This document shows positions 62,187 through 64,000 of a stretch of 64,000 bases of DNA, piece after piece; position 1 is the first letter of the stretch, and the number at the start of each line of letters is the position of its first letter. A program made the translations under genes and the position numbers. The stretch covers positions 28,101 through 92,100 of the forward strand of contig CAJJAH010000003.1 of the NCBI GenBank assembly GCA_905182255.1, in the 5' to 3' direction. This stretch comes from Cryomorphaceae bacterium BACL11 MAG-121001-bin54. GTDB taxonomy: Bacteria > Bacteroidota > Bacteroidia > Flavobacteriales > BACL11. The notes below the pieces were generated by a model. The model did not search any database. It had not been told where the DNA came from and worked only from the letters and a program-made list of their open reading frames with translations.

Positions 62187-62205
62187 ATTCATACCCACAA
62201 AATAA

Positions 62206-63207
62206 GTGAATTATAAAGAAATTATATCATCAATAACAAATAAAAATTTACAACCTGTCTATTTTTTAATGGGGGAAGAACCTTATTATATTGATAAATT
62301 AGCTAATGCTTTTGCAAAGAATGTACTCTCAGCTGAGGAGCAAGAATTCAACCAAGTAATCCTTTACGGAAAAGAAATTGAAACAGCACAAGCAATTGCG
62401 GAGGCAAAACAATTTCCTTTTGGATCTCATAAAAGAGTAGTAATTGTTAGAGAAGCGCAACACTTAAAAGATATTGATGTTTTAGACACTTACCTAGACA
62501 ATATACAGCCCTCAACCCTTTTGGTGATTTGCTATAAGGGAAAATCAGTTGACAAACGCAAGAAATTTGGTAAAACCCTATCTAAAAAATGTGTTGTTTT
62601 TGAAAGCAAAAAATTATATGACAATAAAATTCCAGCCTGGATAAACTCGTATGTAATAGAAAAAGGATATAAGATTGATAATAATGCAACTGCAGTACTT
62701 TCTGAATACATTGGTTCAGATTTATCCAAAATTACTAATGAATTAGAAAAACTCATGTTAGTAATACAAAAGAACGAACAAATTACAACAGCACTCATTG
62801 AGTATCATATTGGTATAAGTAAAGATTACAATGTTTTTGAACTCCAGAACGCTTTGGGAAAAAAAGACGTTTTAAAAGCAAATAAAATAATTAATCATTT
62901 TGCAGCCAATCCCAAAGACCATCATATAGTACCAACACTTGGCGCTTTATTTTCCTATTTTCAAAAAATAATGGTTTATCATTTTTTAGAAGATAAAAGC
63001 CCAAAATTTGCCGCTAGTTCACTAAAAATAAATCCTTTTTTTGTTAGCCAATATCAAACTGCAGCACAATATTATAGCAAACGACAGTTGTTTTATATTT
63101 TTGAATATCTTAAAGAGTATGACCTTAAGAGCAAAGGGGTAAACAACAAAAACACTTCTCATAAAGAACTCTTAAAAGAACTAATTTTCAAAATTATACA
63201 TGCATAA
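62206..63207 (+). CDS. holA: DNA polymerase III subunit delta
   Basis: 333 aa with a GTG start immediately after an in-frame TAA. The N-terminus PVYFLMGEEPYYID is typical of HolA. Confidence 0.85.
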   Translation: MNYKEIISSITNKNLQPVYFLMGEEPYYIDKLANAFAKNVLSAEEQEFNQVILYGKEIETAQAIAEAKQFPFGSHKRVVIVREAQHLKDIDVLDTYLDNIQPSTLLVICYKGKSVDKRKKFGKTLSKKCVVFESKKLYDNKIPAWINSYVIEKGYKIDNNATAVLSEYIGSDLSKITNELEKLMLVIQKNEQITTALIEYHIGISKDYNVFELQNALGKKDVLKANKIINHFAANPKDHHIVPTLGALFSYFQKIMVYHFLEDKSPKFAASSLKINPFFVSQYQTAAQYYSKRQLFYIFEYLKEYDLKSKGVNNKNTSHKELLKELIFKIIHA

Positions 63208-63227
63208 TTTTGATCTTTTTATTTAGT

Positions 63228-63235
63228 TATATTTG
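63228..63235 (+). promoter_or_regulatory. candidate -7 box (TAtaTTTG) upstream of the TonB-dependent receptor gene
   Basis: TATATTTG lies 19 nt upstream of the ATG at 63255. Confidence 0.35.
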
Positions 63236-63254
63236 CCAACTAATTTTTACAAAA

Positions 63255-64000
63255 ATGCGCAAACTTTTACTTTTACTTACAATCTCATTAATTACTTCAT
63301 TAGCTTTTTCACAAACAGGAAATATTAGAGGGTTTGTATATGATAAAAATAGCGGTGAACCAATTATGTTCTGTAATGTAATTTTACAAGGAACAAACAT
63401 AGGAGGGTCAACCGACATCAATGGCATGTATAATATTTCAAAAGTATTAGCTGGAGACTACACATTAATGGTTACTTACATAGGCTATGACTCTTCATCA
63501 GTAAACATAAATTTAAAATCAGGAAAAGTGCTTTCTCAAAACCTTGAAATATCAGAATCTAGTGTGAAACTAAATGAGGTAAGAATTTCAGTTGAAAGAT
63601 CAGAAATGAAAACAGAAGTTAAGGCAGCTTCTATTAAAATTACAAAGCAAGATATGGAAATGATTCCTAATATTGGTGGTGAGCCTGACTTAGCTCAATA
63701 CATGCAAGTAATACCTGGAGTTGTATTTACAGGTGACCAAGGTGGGCAGCTTTACATAAGAGGAGGTTCACCAATACAAAATAAAGTATTATTGGATGGA
63801 ATGACCATTTACAGCCCTTTTCATTCAATAGGGTTATTTTCAGTTTTTGATACTGACATCATAAGAAATACAGATGTATACACAGGTGGATTTAGTGCTG
63901 AATATGGAGGGAGAATATCTTCCATAATGGATATAAAAACTATTGATGGAAATAAAAAAGATTTTGGAGGAAAACTAACTGCTAACACTTTTGGCTCTAA
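63255..64000 (+). CDS. TonB-dependent receptor (CarboxypepD_reg-like domain + plug), N-terminal part; runs off the right edge
   Basis: My own translation gives MRKLLLLLTISLITSLAFSQTGNIRGFVYDKNSGEPI...INGMYNI...GDYTLMVTYIGY, then the plug region GGEPDLAQYMQVIPGV...LYIRGG...LLDGMTIYSPFH. Confidence 0.85.
   Translation, partial: MRKLLLLLTISLITSLAFSQTGNIRGFVYDKNSGEPIMFCNVILQGTNIGGSTDINGMYNISKVLAGDYTLMVTYIGYDSSSVNINLKSGKVLSQNLEISESSVKLNEVRISVERSEMKTEVKAASIKITKQDMEMIPNIGGEPDLAQYMQVIPGVVFTGDQGGQLYIRGGSPIQNKVLLDGMTIYSPFHSIGLFSVFDTDIIRNTDVYTGGFSAEYGGRISSIMDIKTIDGNKKDFGGKLTANTFGS

Noticed and set aside
61746-62198. HsdR-N-like protein as evidence of a type I restriction-modification or defence island
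   Set aside because: There are no hsdM, hsdS or hsdR helicase genes, other defence genes or mobile-element markers nearby. The flanks are a SulP transporter and holA.

Overview
The window looks like a densely packed core-chromosome segment of a low-GC member of Bacteroidota, most likely Flavobacteriia. Three things support this. Several proteins carry type IX secretion (T9SS) C-terminal sorting domains. A PorQ-like gene sits in the ispH-cmk-porQ arrangement. The Bacteroidetes promoter motif TAnnTTTG recurs in front of genes, and no Shine-Dalgarno sequences are obvious. I call about 47 protein genes. They cover translation (prfA, rpsA, rpmE2, rpsF-rpsR-rplI), replication (gyrB, dnaX, holA), the TCA cycle (mdh, monomeric icd, acnB), pyrimidine synthesis (pyrF, pyrR, pyrB), tRNA maturation (tsaC, cca, miaA, rnz), export (secDF, tatA), the envelope (murB, ftsE, two glycosyltransferases) and several large T9SS cargo proteins. 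I found no rRNA or tRNA genes, CRISPR arrays, transposases, integrases, phage genes or recognisable defence or toxin systems. I see no clear-cut novel system here. The observations most worth a second look are: (1) an uncharacterised acidic 163-aa protein translationally coupled inside a tsaC-cca-X-miaA gene string; (2) two in-frame slippery A-runs in dnaX just after the clamp-loader core (domains I-III), each followed closely by out-of-frame stops; (3) a frameshift splitting an M16 peptidase; (4) a 347-nt spacer upstream of ftsE with a triple TGACTTT repeat and a possible coupled small ORF; (5) a repeated 21-residue two-cysteine module in a 1140-aa T9SS metalloprotease; (6) an overlapping TPR-protein/putative-porin gene pair. 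All coordinates and motifs come from reading the sequence by eye. No database searches or folding computations were run.
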